DNA of 64,000 bases from Lachnospiraceae bacterium UBA6987 (lineage in GTDB: Bacteria > Bacillota > Clostridia > Lachnospirales > Lachnospiraceae): positions 1,355-65,354 of the forward strand of contig DJYD01000046.1 in the NCBI GenBank assembly GCA_002449955.1, written 5' to 3'. Below, in pieces: positions 27,546 to 38,295 of this stretch. Positions within the stretch are counted from its first letter, which is position 1; each line of letters begins with the position of its first letter. Made by a program: the position numbers and the translations under genes. The notes below the pieces were generated by a model, which searched no databases, had not been told where the DNA came from, and saw nothing but the letters and a program-made list of their open reading frames with translations.

Positions 27546-27673
27546 GTGCGTGAAATGAGGAAATGCAGCATGAAATGCGGGAGCAACAGGTGAAGGATCC
27601 TCCGAAGGCGAAGGCGGCATAGGCGGCGGCCGGGATCCTTCCCGGAGTAAGTCACGGAAACAGAAAGGAAAAC

Positions 27674-29203
27674 ATGTACAGTAAAATCAATGCTATGGCT
27701 CTCTTCGGAATGGAGGGGGTTTTGATTCGCGTGGAATGCGACGCCTCCTCGGGCCTTCCGGAAATGTCCATGGTCGGCTTTCTCGGCGCGGAGGTGAAGG
27801 AGGCAAAGGACAGGGTTCGGACAGCCCTGAAGAATACAGGCTTTACTCTGCCGCCGAGGCACGTGACCGTGAACCTGTCCCCGGCGGATATCCGGAAGGA
27901 GGGGACAAGCTTTGACCTTGCGGTGGCATCGGCTCTGCTGCTGTCGGCTGAGCTGATCGATCTTGGCCGTCTTCCGGAGGAGGCGGTTTTCATGGGGGAG
28001 CTTGGCTTAGACGGGAGCCTGATCCCCGTAAGCGGCATCCTGACGATGGTCAGCGCGGCAAAAGCGGCCGGCTTCCGCGTCTGCGTGGTGCCTGCAGGCA
28101 ATGCTGCGGAAGGGTCGCTCGTCGAGGGAATCGACGTCATCGGACTGAAGGATCTTACGGAGCTGCCGCTGCTTGCGCAGGGAAAGCTCCCCGCCCTGCC
28201 CTGCCGCGTGAGGGAACGGCTCCAGGAGGCGGCAGGAAACGATGAGGTGGACTTTGCCGAGGTCAACGGACAGGCGGTCATGCGCAGGGCGGCCGAGATC
28301 GCGGCGGCCGGCATGCACAACCTGCTTTTTGTGGGGACTCCGGGCTCGGGAAAAACGATGATTGCAAGACGCATTCCGACGATCCTGCCGTCCATCAGCC
28401 TTGAGGAGGCCCTTGAGGTTTCGAAGGTCTATTCCGTCTGCGGGCTCCTGAGCGAGGAGCACCCGCTGATCTTAAGACGCCCTTTCCGTTCGCCGCATCA
28501 TACGGTCTCGCCCTATGCTCTGGTCGGGGGCGGCAGCAAGCCAAAGCCTGGGGAGATATCCCTGGCTGATCACGGCGTATTATTTCTTGATGAGCTGCCG
28601 GAATTTCAGAAGGCGGCGCTGGAAGCGCTAAGGCAGCCGTTAGAAGACCGGGAGGTGCACATTGCGAGGGTCCAGGGGTCCTACCGCTTTCCCGCGGACG
28701 TGATGTTAGTTGCGGCCATGAATCCCTGCCGCTGCGGGTATTATCCGGACCGGAACCGCTGTCACTGCTCCGATGCGGAGGTGTCTTCTTATCTCAGGCG
28801 CGTCAGCAGGCCGCTGCTTGACAGAATCGACCTGTGCGTGGAAGCCCCGACGCTGCTTTATAAGGATCTGGTCCGCAAAAAGGAAAATGAACCTTCGTCT
28901 GCGATTCGGGCACGGGTGGAACAGGCGCGTGAGAGACAGACAAAACGCTTTGCCGGGACCGGGATCCGCTTTAATTCACGCATGGGCGGAAGGGATGTCC
29001 GGCTGTACTGCCCTCTGGACGCGGAGAAGGAAAAATATATGAAGCGGATTTTCGAGACGAAAGGCCTGAGCGCAAGAGCTTATCACCGGATCCTGAAGGT
29101 GGCACGCACTATCGCCGATTTGGCCGGAAGAGAGAATATTTCCCTGGAAGACATAGCTGAAGCAGCCGGATACCGCGGACCGGAAGAAAAATTCTGGAGG
29201 TGA
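27674..29203 (+). CDS. comM: Mg-chelatase-like AAA+ ATPase YifB/ComM
   Basis: 509 aa. N-terminal Lon-protease-like domain (AMALFGMEGVLIRVE), Walker A GTPGSGKT, Walker B VLFLDELPEF and C-terminal RAYHRILKVARTIADL. Confidence 0.93.
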   Translation: MYSKINAMALFGMEGVLIRVECDASSGLPEMSMVGFLGAEVKEAKDRVRTALKNTGFTLPPRHVTVNLSPADIRKEGTSFDLAVASALLLSAELIDLGRLPEEAVFMGELGLDGSLIPVSGILTMVSAAKAAGFRVCVVPAGNAAEGSLVEGIDVIGLKDLTELPLLAQGKLPALPCRVRERLQEAAGNDEVDFAEVNGQAVMRRAAEIAAAGMHNLLFVGTPGSGKTMIARRIPTILPSISLEEALEVSKVYSVCGLLSEEHPLILRRPFRSPHHTVSPYALVGGGSKPKPGEISLADHGVLFLDELPEFQKAALEALRQPLEDREVHIARVQGSYRFPADVMLVAAMNPCRCGYYPDRNRCHCSDAEVSSYLRRVSRPLLDRIDLCVEAPTLLYKDLVRKKENEPSSAIRARVEQARERQTKRFAGTGIRFNSRMGGRDVRLYCPLDAEKEKYMKRIFETKGLSARAYHRILKVARTIADLAGRENISLEDIAEAAGYRGPEEKFWR

Positions 29204-29206
29204 AGG

Positions 29207-30295
29207 ATGGAACAGCGGGATTATTGGTATTTGCTCGGAGTGACGGAAGGGTTTGGCGCGGTGACGGTAAAACGTCTGATGAGTCTGTACGGAAGTCCGG
29301 ATGTGATCTGTGCGACAGAAACGCTTCCGATCAGCAGCAGGCAGCAGGAAGCGCTCCGGAAAAATTTGCGGGAGGCTGAGCGTCTGCTTGGGGAGCGGGA
29401 TGCCCTGGAGAAAAAAGGTATACGCTGGTGCTGCCAGGGAGACCCGCATTATCCGGAACGCCTGCGCATGATCCCGGATCCGCCGGTGCTGCTATATTAC
29501 AGGGGAGAGCTGCCGTCAGAAGAAAAAAGGACGGCGGGCATCATCGGTGCAAGGCGGTGCAGCTCTTATGGCAGGTCTATGGCGGAATACTTCGGCAGAG
29601 AGCTGGCAAAGGCAGGGCTGCAGGTGATCAGCGGCATGGCCATGGGGGTCGACGGCTATGCACAGTCGGCTGCCCTTGCCGCCGGAGGCCGTTCCTTCGG
29701 AATTCTCGGCTGCGGTGTGGATATCGCCTATCCGATGGTCAACCGGCCCTTGTATGAGCGTCTGCAGGAACAGGGCGGCGTGCTCAGTGAATTCACACCG
29801 GGAACGCCGCCGCTTCCGCAGCATTTTCCGTTGCGAAACCGAATCATCAGCGGCCTTTCTGACGTGCTGCTTGTCATCGAAGCCAGGAAGGTGAGCGGCA
29901 CGTTAATCACCGTGGATCAGGCACTTGAGCAGGGCAAGGATGTCCTCGCGCTGCCGGGGCGGGTAGGAGATCCCTTAAGCGAGGGCTGCAATCACCTGAT
30001 CAGACAGGGAGCAGGCATCCTGACCGGAACAGACGAGGTCCTGCAGCTGCTGGGAATGCAGGCGGATCCTGACGGGACAAGCGTTTTAAAAGGCGCAGAA
30101 GCATCCCCCGCAGACAGACTTTCCGAGCAGGAAAAAAAGGTGTTAGGCCTTCTTTCTCATGATCCGGTGCATCTGGAGGAGCTGATGAAGCGTACGGGTC
30201 TTGGCCTTGGGACTTTAAGTCTGATCCTGCTGTCCCTCGAGGAGGGAGGCCTTGTCAAACCGGTCAGCGGCAATCAGTATATCCGGGTATTTTGA
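29207..30295 (+). CDS. dprA: DNA-processing protein DprA (Smf)
   Basis: 362 aa. Rossmann-like core with GARRCSSYG, SGMAMGVDG, FPLRNRIISGLS and a C-terminal winged-helix tail. Adjacent to topA, as in many Firmicutes. Confidence 0.92.
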   Translation: MEQRDYWYLLGVTEGFGAVTVKRLMSLYGSPDVICATETLPISSRQQEALRKNLREAERLLGERDALEKKGIRWCCQGDPHYPERLRMIPDPPVLLYYRGELPSEEKRTAGIIGARRCSSYGRSMAEYFGRELAKAGLQVISGMAMGVDGYAQSAALAAGGRSFGILGCGVDIAYPMVNRPLYERLQEQGGVLSEFTPGTPPLPQHFPLRNRIISGLSDVLLVIEARKVSGTLITVDQALEQGKDVLALPGRVGDPLSEGCNHLIRQGAGILTGTDEVLQLLGMQADPDGTSVLKGAEASPADRLSEQEKKVLGLLSHDPVHLEELMKRTGLGLGTLSLILLSLEEGGLVKPVSGNQYIRVF

Positions 30296-30336
30296 CGTAA
30301 ATATGCACATTTGTCCGAAATTATCCAAAAATAGGC

Positions 30337-30365
30337 TTGCATTCCTTAATTAGATAGGATATAGT
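30337..30365 (+). promoter_or_regulatory. Candidate sigma-A promoter of topA
   Basis: TTGCAT - 17 nt - TATAGT, 33 nt upstream of the topA ATG (GAGGAG SD in between). Confidence 0.5.
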
Positions 30366-30397
30366 GCATTTCACTGCTATCATTAGAGGAGTGAAGT

Positions 30398-32380
30398 ATG
30401 TCCGCACGACCTTTGATTATTGTGGAATCTCCCACGAAAGTAAAAACCATCAAACGTTTTCTGGGCTCAGGCGTGGATGTGGAAGCCTCCGGCGGCCATG
30501 TCCGTGATTTGCCGAAGAGCCGCATGGGTATCGATATTGAGCATGATTATGAACCGAGTTACATCGCGATCCGGGGCAAGGGCGACACGATCCGCAGTCT
30601 GAAGGAAAAGGCCAAAAAGGCATCGCATGTCTATCTGGCAACCGACCCTGACCGGGAAGGGGAAGCGATCGCCTGGCATCTGCAGACACTACTGCAGGGA
30701 GTGAGCAAGGACTGCCGGCGCATCAGTTTCAATGAGATTACGAAAAGCGCCGTGAAGAATGCCATCGCCTCGCCGCGCGACATTGATCAGAATCTGGTCG
30801 ATGCGCAGCAGGCGCGCCGAGCACTTGACCGTGTGACCGGCTATTCGGTGAGTCCGCTGCTGTGGAAGAAGGTTAAAAGAGGCCTGTCTGCAGGCCGCGT
30901 TCAGTCTTCGACCCTGAATCTTATCTGCGTCAGAGAGAAGGAGATCGAGGATTTTGTTCCGGAGGAATACTGGAGCCTGGACGTTTCCCTTGCGGTTTCG
31001 GGTCGAAAGGAACGCCTGACGCTGCAGCTGGACACCAAGGAGCATCCGCTGCCGGATGAGGCTGCGGTAAAAGCAGTCCTTGCCGGGCTGGAGGGCAAAG
31101 CATTTTCCCTGACGGAAAAGGAAACGCTGCGCAAGCATACTCATGCGCCGCTTCCTTTTACGACCAGCACCATGCAGCAGGAAGCTTCCCGCGTATTAAA
31201 TTTCTCTCCGTCAAAGACCATGCGCATCGCGCAGAACCTGTACGAAGGCGTAAAGCTTGAGGAAGGTACGGTCGGTCTGATCACGTACTTAAGAACCGAC
31301 AGCACACGCATCTCGCAGGAGGCGGACAGTGCCGCCCGTGCGTATATCGGCGAAACGTACGGCAGCCGGTACATCGGCCGGAGCGAAAGCAATGCCAAGG
31401 CGGGAGAGCATATTCAGGATGCCCACGAAGCCATTCGTCCGAGCAGCATTGAGCGGACGCCACAGATGGTCCGCGGGAGCCTCGGCCGTGATGAATACCG
31501 GCTGTACAAGCTGATCTGGGAACGCTTTACGGCAAGCCGCATGGCGGATTATGAATACGATTCCACCCGCATTACGCTGACGGCAGGCGCGTATGACTTC
31601 CATGTGACGGCAGCTGTGCCGGCATTTGACGGCTTCCACATGGTTTACTCCGTAGAGGATGATAAGGCCAAAAAGGATAAGGCACTGAAGGATATCGGCG
31701 AAGACTCCGTCTTTACTGACCCGGTGTTTGATCCGAAGCAGCATTTTACGCAGCCTCTCCCTCACTATACAGAGGCCTCCCTGGTTCAGGCGATGGAAGC
31801 CTGCGGCATTGGCAGACCCAGCACCTACGCACCGACGATCGCTACGCTTACGGAACGCCATTACGTGCTGAAGGAAGGCCGGAATCTGTTTGTGACGGAA
31901 CTCGGCGAAGCGGTAAACGGGATCATTCTGCAGTCTGTTCCCATGCTGGCCGACAAGGATTTTACCGCAGAAATGGAAAAAGAACTGGACAAGGTGGCTG
32001 AGGGCGGCATGGCGTGGAAGGAAGTCCTGCGGGAATTCTGCCCGCCCTTCCTCGAGAAGGTGGATGCAGCGTCCAAGGCGCTTGAACGCGTGAAGGTCGC
32101 GGATGAGGAAAGCGATGAAATCTGTGAGCGCTGCGGCCGCAGGATGGTGATCAAGTTCGGACCGCACGGCCGTTTCCTGGCCTGCCCCGGTTTCCCGGAA
32201 TGCCGCAACACGAAGCCGCTTCTCGAAAAGGCCGGCTGCAAATGCCCGAAGTGCGGCGGAGAACTGATCATCCGGAAGACCAAAAAGGGCAGACGCTTCT
32301 ACGCCTGCGAAAATGCCCCGTCCTGTGATTATATGAGCTGGAACCGGCCTAAGTCAGAAAAAGTCGAAAATAAAGCTTGA
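30398..32380 (+). CDS. topA: DNA topoisomerase I
   Basis: 660 aa. TOPRIM start LIIVESPTKVKTI, DPDREGE, active-site region ITYLRTDS, and C-terminal CxxC zinc ribbons (CERCGRRM..., CPKCGGEL...). Confidence 0.96.
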   Translation: MSARPLIIVESPTKVKTIKRFLGSGVDVEASGGHVRDLPKSRMGIDIEHDYEPSYIAIRGKGDTIRSLKEKAKKASHVYLATDPDREGEAIAWHLQTLLQGVSKDCRRISFNEITKSAVKNAIASPRDIDQNLVDAQQARRALDRVTGYSVSPLLWKKVKRGLSAGRVQSSTLNLICVREKEIEDFVPEEYWSLDVSLAVSGRKERLTLQLDTKEHPLPDEAAVKAVLAGLEGKAFSLTEKETLRKHTHAPLPFTTSTMQQEASRVLNFSPSKTMRIAQNLYEGVKLEEGTVGLITYLRTDSTRISQEADSAARAYIGETYGSRYIGRSESNAKAGEHIQDAHEAIRPSSIERTPQMVRGSLGRDEYRLYKLIWERFTASRMADYEYDSTRITLTAGAYDFHVTAAVPAFDGFHMVYSVEDDKAKKDKALKDIGEDSVFTDPVFDPKQHFTQPLPHYTEASLVQAMEACGIGRPSTYAPTIATLTERHYVLKEGRNLFVTELGEAVNGIILQSVPMLADKDFTAEMEKELDKVAEGGMAWKEVLREFCPPFLEKVDAASKALERVKVADEESDEICERCGRRMVIKFGPHGRFLACPGFPECRNTKPLLEKAGCKCPKCGGELIIRKTKKGRRFYACENAPSCDYMSWNRPKSEKVENKA

Positions 32381-32459
32381 AAAGTGAAAAAATCGATTTT
32401 AACGAGAATGAAAAAATAAAATATCTATTAAAAACTGAAAACAGACAATAGGCCTTCTT

Positions 32460-32506
32460 AAATAACTGAAAATTCGGTTGAATTATTTGCAGGTCGGCGT
32501 TATGAT
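32460..32506 (+). promoter_or_regulatory. Candidate codY promoter preceded by a CodY-box-like 15-mer
   Basis: AAATAACTGAAAATT (32460-74) matches the CodY consensus AATTTTCWGAAAATT at 12/15 positions. It is followed by TTGAAT (32478-83) - 17 nt - TATGAT (32501-06). Confidence 0.45.
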
Positions 32507-32563
32507 AGTACAATAACGCCGGCCTGTTATACTGCCTGCCAGATAAGCATAAAGGAGAACAAG

Positions 32564-33337
32564 ATGAGCGTAGAATTACTCGACCGTATACGTAAGATCA
32601 ACAAACTACTGCACAACAATACTTCAAATGTCTTTGTGTTTAATGATATTTGTCACGCCTTAAGCGATGCCATGAGCTCCAATGTGATCGTGATGAGCCG
32701 CAAGGGGAAGATCCTCGGCATGGGGAATACCGATCCCGATCTGATCGACGACAGCTGGAAAGCCGCATCGGTCGGCGTATTTATTAATCCGAGCCTGAAT
32801 GAGCGCCTGCTGAACATTCTGTCCACACAGGAAAATGTGCATCTGGAAACCCTGGGCTTCGATGCCGAGGCCAATAAAACCTACCGCGTGATTATAACAC
32901 CGATCGCCATTGCCGGTGAACGGCTTGGCACCTTCTTCATTTACCGCAAGGGAGAAGAGTATGGTATTGATGATATTATTCTGGCGGAATACGGAACTGC
33001 GGTGATCGGCCTTGAGATGGTGCGGGCCATGGATGAGGAAAATGCTGCCGAGCTGCGCCGCAAACAGGGCGTGCGTTCTGCGATCAGCACACTGAGCACC
33101 AGCGAGGTGGATGCAGTCCGGTATATTTTTGAGGAAATGACCGGGAAGGAGGGGATCCTGGTAGCGAGCAAGATCGCAGACCGCGTAGGGATCACTCGTT
33201 CCGTCATTGTCAATGCGCTGCGCAAGCTGGAAAGCGCAGGCGTGATCGAGTCGCGTTCTTCCGGCATGAAGGGAACCTACATCAAGATCAAAAACGATCT
33301 GATCAGGGAAGAAATCGAGCGGAGCGCGGAGGAATAA
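32564..33337 (+). CDS. codY: GTP/BCAA-sensing global regulator CodY
   Basis: 257 aa. GAF-like N-terminal domain and C-terminal HTH ASKIADRVGITRSVIVNALRKLESAGVIESRS. Confidence 0.95.
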   Translation: MSVELLDRIRKINKLLHNNTSNVFVFNDICHALSDAMSSNVIVMSRKGKILGMGNTDPDLIDDSWKAASVGVFINPSLNERLLNILSTQENVHLETLGFDAEANKTYRVIITPIAIAGERLGTFFIYRKGEEYGIDDIILAEYGTAVIGLEMVRAMDEENAAELRRKQGVRSAISTLSTSEVDAVRYIFEEMTGKEGILVASKIADRVGITRSVIVNALRKLESAGVIESRSSGMKGTYIKIKNDLIREEIERSAEE

Positions 33338-33371
33338 GCCCTAAAGCGTTTTAGGAGAAAATGGGACGGTT

Positions 33372-35702
33372 ATGGCTTTTCTGAGCTTACAGAACATCGG
33401 CAAGATCTATGTATCTGCCGGCAATGTGGCGGTTGGCATCCGGGGCGTCAATCTTTCCTTTGAAAAGGGAGAGTTTGTGGCAGTCACCGGAGAATCCGGC
33501 TCTGGCAAATCCACACTGCTGAATGTCATCAGCGGCATGGATTCCTATGAGGAAGGAGAGTTGTCCATCGAAGGCAGGCCAACCTCACATTATCTGGAAC
33601 CGGACCGTGAAAAATACCGCGAAAAGTATATTTCTTTTATTTTCCAGGATTACAACATACTGGAATCTTTTACTGTACTGCAAAATGTAGAGCTGGCGCT
33701 CATGTCTTCCATCGAAGACCCGGTGAAGCGGCGCGCCAGGGCGATTGAACTGCTGCAGCGCGTGGGACTCGGAGATAAGCTGCGTCAGCGCGGAAGCCGG
33801 CTTTCGGGCGGCCAGAAGCAGAGGACGGTCATTGCCCGCGCACTGGCAAAGGACAGCCCGATCATCCTGGCAGATGAGCCGACGGGAAACCTGGATTCGG
33901 AGAGCGCCAGAGAAATCATGGCCCTCCTGAAGGAGGTTTCGAAGGACCGCCTGCTGATCGTGGTGACCCACAATGTGGAAGAGGTGGCGGGCTATGCCAC
34001 CCGTGAGATCCGCGTCTTTGACGGGGCCGTCACCGCGGACAGAAGGCTTGCTGCGCCTGCGGGGGCAGATACGGAAGCTGACGGAGCTTCCGTATCTGCT
34101 GCAGAGCAGACGGATGATTCTGCAGAGGCAGAGGTCAGGTCACATGCGGGGCTGCGCACGGTCTGGAACGGCATCACGCTCGGCAGGGCAATGTTCAGCG
34201 CTACGCCGAAGCTTTCCCTGTTTATGTGCCTGCTGATGCTGCTTGCATCCCTTGGCCTTTTATCCATCACGGCACAGTGCGGCAAGGTACCGAAGCTCCT
34301 TGCCCAGCCGACGATGTTTGCACCTATGGACGGCCGTCTTGTTGTGACGCGTACGGACGGACTGCCCCTTGGCGAAGAGGAGCTGCAGACGCTTGCGAAA
34401 GAAACGGGTGCCGAAAGCACCCTTCACTATGATTATCTGCTGGATGCCTTCCAGAATACGGTGCGTATGAATACGGAGTTTGCCGGCAGCAATACGCATT
34501 ACGGGCTTCAGCCGGTGTATGGACAGCATTTTAACGGCAGGCTTTACGGCCGTGAACCGTCATCCGAAAAGGAGGCACTGCTCTATCTGCCGATTTCCTG
34601 CCGCCCCGAGGTCGGTGCCGGCGAGGATTTTCGCCGTGAGGTCAGCTGGTGCGGCCTGGAATATGAAGTGGTCGGCGTGCAGTATTATTACGACAATAAT
34701 CTGACGCCGAAGATTCTGCTGACAGAGGACGGCTTTGCCTGCGCTCTGGCGGCCTTTTTGCTGTACGATGCGGACAAAACGATACGGGTCGGGTTCACAA
34801 GAAACGGGGAGAACAGCAGTCCCAAACGCGTGAACCTTTTGCTGCCGAGCTTTGCGGTTCCTGCTAACAAGGTCTACGTGAACCAGGAAGACTTTACCGA
34901 TGAACTGGATGAGAAAGTCTCGGCAGGCTATACTCCCTTTGTTTCGCTGAAACTCAACATCTATTATCATTTCAACAACAGCTTCTTTTCGGAGATTCTC
35001 GGAACGCAGCAGGCGTTTGAGATCGATGAGACGGTGCCCGGCGACTACTATATGAGAGAGCAGCCGGAAGGCTTCGGCGAGATCGTCAAAGCCAGACTTG
35101 CCTCCGGCCCGGTCATGCTCGTGAATCCGGTCACGCTCAGCCTTGCCATGGAAGCCGCCTTAGCGGAACAGTATACGCAGGCATCCCTCTTTTATGGTGA
35201 TGATAAAGAGGCCGGAGCCGCCTGCGAGATGCTGCGCGGCAAGGGATACATTTCTTCTCTTTCCACAGATAAATATTCACCGCAGGCTTACGAGACGGTG
35301 CTAAGCAGTGCCAACGGTGTGCTGCTTCTTTTTCTCTGGCTGTTAACGGTGATTTTCATGGCATTTTTTATCAATCTCTGTACCGGCAAGGCCGTGGGGG
35401 CGTTCAAGCACGATCTGGCAATTCTGCGGTCCATGGGCATCTCGGTAAGGACAGTGATCTCGGGCTTATTCACCCGTCTGTATCTCGCCCTTCTTCCGTC
35501 CGTGCTTTTTGTGATTCTGCTTGCTTTGGTGATTTACCGGACGCCGAAGGGCAACGCGGCATTCCCCTACCTGTACTGGTGGCAGTATCTGATGATCTTT
35601 GCCGGCATGGTGCTCATGACCGCGCGCGTAGGCAAAAAGCAGGTCAGAAAGCTCTTCGGCGAGAGCGTGCGCGAGGCGCTGCGGGGAGGTGATGAGGCAT
35701 GA
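33372..35702 (+). CDS. Fused ABC ATPase / FtsX-type permease (MacB architecture), subunit 1
   Basis: 776 aa. Walker A GESGSGKST, signature LSGGQKQR, Walker B ILADEPT. Then TM1, an extracytoplasmic region of about 340 aa, and three C-terminal helices (FtsX-like). Confidence 0.85.
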   Translation: MAFLSLQNIGKIYVSAGNVAVGIRGVNLSFEKGEFVAVTGESGSGKSTLLNVISGMDSYEEGELSIEGRPTSHYLEPDREKYREKYISFIFQDYNILESFTVLQNVELALMSSIEDPVKRRARAIELLQRVGLGDKLRQRGSRLSGGQKQRTVIARALAKDSPIILADEPTGNLDSESAREIMALLKEVSKDRLLIVVTHNVEEVAGYATREIRVFDGAVTADRRLAAPAGADTEADGASVSAAEQTDDSAEAEVRSHAGLRTVWNGITLGRAMFSATPKLSLFMCLLMLLASLGLLSITAQCGKVPKLLAQPTMFAPMDGRLVVTRTDGLPLGEEELQTLAKETGAESTLHYDYLLDAFQNTVRMNTEFAGSNTHYGLQPVYGQHFNGRLYGREPSSEKEALLYLPISCRPEVGAGEDFRREVSWCGLEYEVVGVQYYYDNNLTPKILLTEDGFACALAAFLLYDADKTIRVGFTRNGENSSPKRVNLLLPSFAVPANKVYVNQEDFTDELDEKVSAGYTPFVSLKLNIYYHFNNSFFSEILGTQQAFEIDETVPGDYYMREQPEGFGEIVKARLASGPVMLVNPVTLSLAMEAALAEQYTQASLFYGDDKEAGAACEMLRGKGYISSLSTDKYSPQAYETVLSSANGVLLLFLWLLTVIFMAFFINLCTGKAVGAFKHDLAILRSMGISVRTVISGLFTRLYLALLPSVLFVILLALVIYRTPKGNAAFPYLYWWQYLMIFAGMVLMTARVGKKQVRKLFGESVREALRGGDEA

Positions 35703-38245
35703 TCCGTATCAGTGAACTGGATAAATATTACAATAAAGGCCAGGCCAATGAACTGCATGTCCTGAACCGGATCTCTCTGGAACTGCCGGACAAGGGCATG
35801 GTGGCGGTGTTCGGCCGCAGCGGCTGCGGCAAGACGACGCTGCTCAATGTCTGCGGCGGGCTGGATAGCTTTTCCGGCGGCAGCGTGAACGTGAACGGCG
35901 CGGATATCCGCAAGGGTACCGATGCCCTGCGGAACCGGGAGATCGGCTATATCTTCCAGAACTATAATCTGAATCAGCTGGAAAACGTACAGGAAAATGT
36001 CGCTGACGCTTTGCGCCTTGTCGGTATGAAGGACGAAAAAGAGATCCGGAGGCGGACGGAAACGGCTCTTGCCGCCGTCGGCATGGCCAAGTATCGTCTG
36101 AGAAAGCCGGGTACCCTTTCGGGCGGACAGCAGCAGCGTGTGGCCATCGCGAGAGCTATCGTGAAAAATCCTCCGGTGATCCTGGCCGATGAGCCCACGG
36201 GCAATCTTGACGAGGCGAACACTCTCCTGGTCATGGATATGCTCAGGAGTCTTGCGGACGAGCATCTGGTGGTGCTTGTGACGCATGAGGCGAAGCTGGT
36301 TGATCTTTACTGTGACCGCGTGATTGAACTGTCAGACGGGCAGATCAAACGGATCTATGACAATGAGCACGTCTCCGGGCTGGATGCAGCGGGGCGTGAT
36401 GAAATATGGCTCGGCGGCATGCCGAAAAACGAGACCGTCTGGCGCTACGCGGATGTGGAATACTACGGCGAGGCGCCGGAGCAGCCGCTGCATCTGATCG
36501 TGGTCAATCAGAACGGAAGATTTTTCCTGAAGGTGGAAAGTCCTGAGGTTCAGGTGCTGGATGAAAACAGTGAGATCCGCCTGCACGAGGGTGCCTATGA
36601 AGCCCGTCCCGAGGCAAAGCAGCGCAGCCTTCTTGATCTGTCGGAACTGCCGCAGGTCAAGGCCGGTATCTGCGGCAGACTGTTTCATCTTAAAAATTCC
36701 CTGAAAAGCGGCTGGGATGCGATCTCGGCCAAGCAGAAAAAGAAGGGGAACCGCCTGCTCAGGGCGCTCATGCTGATGTTTGCTGCGATTATCGTGCTGA
36801 TGTCGGCGAGCTTCGGTACGAGCTTCAGGGAACGCGCCGAGGCGGAGGCATCCGTCGCCGGAGATCTTTATTATATGGACATCGGTGGCAGCAGGCAGCT
36901 GGAACGGATCAAGCAGGCAGCCGGACCTGAAAACGGATTTGACAGCCTGTATTACCTCAAAGGATACGGTGATATGACGCAGCCGCCGGAGTTTACCCTT
37001 GCACCGGGACATTTCATCACTTCCGCGGCCATGGACAGCCCGCTTACGCTTAAGGCTTTCCCGATGAACCGTGATCTGCTGCCGGAAGGCATCACGCCGC
37101 TTGCGGGAGATGTGAAGGCCGAGGGCGCCATCCTGACAAGAGCAGCGGCCGATGAGCTCCTTTCTGCTTCTACGGTCGGGTATATCCGGAACTACCGGGA
37201 TCTGATCGGTCTTGAGTTATCGGGAAACCGTTACCGTGAAGACGGAGTGACGATGAAGATCGCTGCCGTTGTGGAAGGAAAGAGCAAAACCTTTTACACG
37301 GAGAATCTCCGGATCGCAGAATGGCTGATGAACAATGATGAAGACCTTCCGCTTTACAGGGCTTCTGCGCTTGAAGGGTATGAGGCGGATTTACGTCCGG
37401 GCCATGTGACGGTGCTTGTCTACCTGCCGGAGCAGGCTTCCGGCGTCAAGGCAGGGGAAACCGTCTGGATCCGCGGTGTGGAGCTTACGGTTGACCGTGT
37501 CATAAATGCCTCGGAAAGCAAGAAGGAGCCGTTTTATATCCCTTATGATGACGGAAGCGACGACGTACACTACGAGCCGCTGGTTTGGTATGATGTCTGC
37601 TACCTGCTGACTGATGAAGACTATGCACGGGTGATGCTTTCCCTTGGCCGCACAGATAAGAGGGTGACAACGATCCCGCTTTATGACCTGGACAGCAGTC
37701 AGGATCCCTTCCAGCGCTGGACAGCGGTCCTTCATGCAGCAGATACTGCCGCAGCGGACAAGGCCGCGGCAGCGCTCGAGGAAGACGGTATTGCTGCCAT
37801 CACGCCTTCCGAGGCGCGCGAAGCGGTTATGAAGGAAGTCCGCGCTTCCACGAGAAGCCGTCTGATCTCGCTCGCGGTCATGTTAGTCATCATGTGTCTG
37901 TGCATGTATTTCATCATGCGGGCAGGCCTTATGAGCCGCGTGAAGGAGGTGGGCATTTACCGCGCGATCGGTGTGACGAAGGGGAACCTGATCTTCCGTT
38001 TCCTGATCGAGGCCCTGGTCTTATGTGCGGTGACCGTGCTCACAGGCTTCCTTGCCATGAGCCTTTTAATGCGCCACTGGGTCACGCATTCCGCACTGAT
38101 GAAGATCCTTTTCCACTACCCGCTGTGGATGATGCTGCTCCTTTTCCTGCTGCTGGTCTTTCTCTGTGCTTTCTGCGGCGTACTGCCAGTTATGCTGCTG
38201 CTCAGGAAAACCCCTAGTGAAATACTGGCAAAGTATGATATATAA
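35699..38245 (+). CDS. Fused ABC ATPase / FtsX-type permease (MacB architecture), subunit 2
   Basis: 848 aa. ATGA start/stop overlap with subunit 1. [26 protein letters not shown]1, an extracytoplasmic region of about 350 aa, and three C-terminal helices. Confidence 0.85.
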   Translation: MIRISELDKYYNKGQANELHVLNRISLELPDKGMVAVFGRSGCGKTTLLNVCGGLDSFSGGSVNVNGADIRKGTDALRNREIGYIFQNYNLNQLENVQENVADALRLVGMKDEKEIRRRTETALAAVGMAKYRLRKPGTLSGGQQQRVAIARAIVKNPPVILADEPTGNLDEANTLLVMDMLRSLADEHLVVLVTHEAKLVDLYCDRVIELSDGQIKRIYDNEHVSGLDAAGRDEIWLGGMPKNETVWRYADVEYYGEAPEQPLHLIVVNQNGRFFLKVESPEVQVLDENSEIRLHEGAYEARPEAKQRSLLDLSELPQVKAGICGRLFHLKNSLKSGWDAISAKQKKKGNRLLRALMLMFAAIIVLMSASFGTSFRERAEAEASVAGDLYYMDIGGSRQLERIKQAAGPENGFDSLYYLKGYGDMTQPPEFTLAPGHFITSAAMDSPLTLKAFPMNRDLLPEGITPLAGDVKAEGAILTRAAADELLSASTVGYIRNYRDLIGLELSGNRYREDGVTMKIAAVVEGKSKTFYTENLRIAEWLMNNDEDLPLYRASALEGYEADLRPGHVTVLVYLPEQASGVKAGETVWIRGVELTVDRVINASESKKEPFYIPYDDGSDDVHYEPLVWYDVCYLLTDEDYARVMLSLGRTDKRVTTIPLYDLDSSQDPFQRWTAVLHAADTAAADKAAAALEEDGIAAITPSEAREAVMKEVRASTRSRLISLAVMLVIMCLCMYFIMRAGLMSRVKEVGIYRAIGVTKGNLIFRFLIEALVLCAVTVLTGFLAMSLLMRHWVTHSALMKILFHYPLWMMLLLFLLLVFLCAFCGVLPVMLLLRKTPSEILAKYDI

Positions 38246-38295
38246 TAAGTGACCGCCAGAGGGCGTACCATCAAATGATAAACTTGGAGGATGCG

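Noticed and set aside
27384-27593. 69-aa ORF in the lipoprotein-comM gap.
   Set aside because: It spans two terminator hairpins, has no SD, and the peptide is Cys/Arg-rich with no features. It is most likely non-coding.
32389-32400. Perfect 12-bp palindrome AAAATCGATTTT after topA, considered as a terminator.
   Set aside because: It has no loop and an AT-only stem, so it cannot form a stable RNA hairpin. It is possibly just AT-rich spacer DNA.
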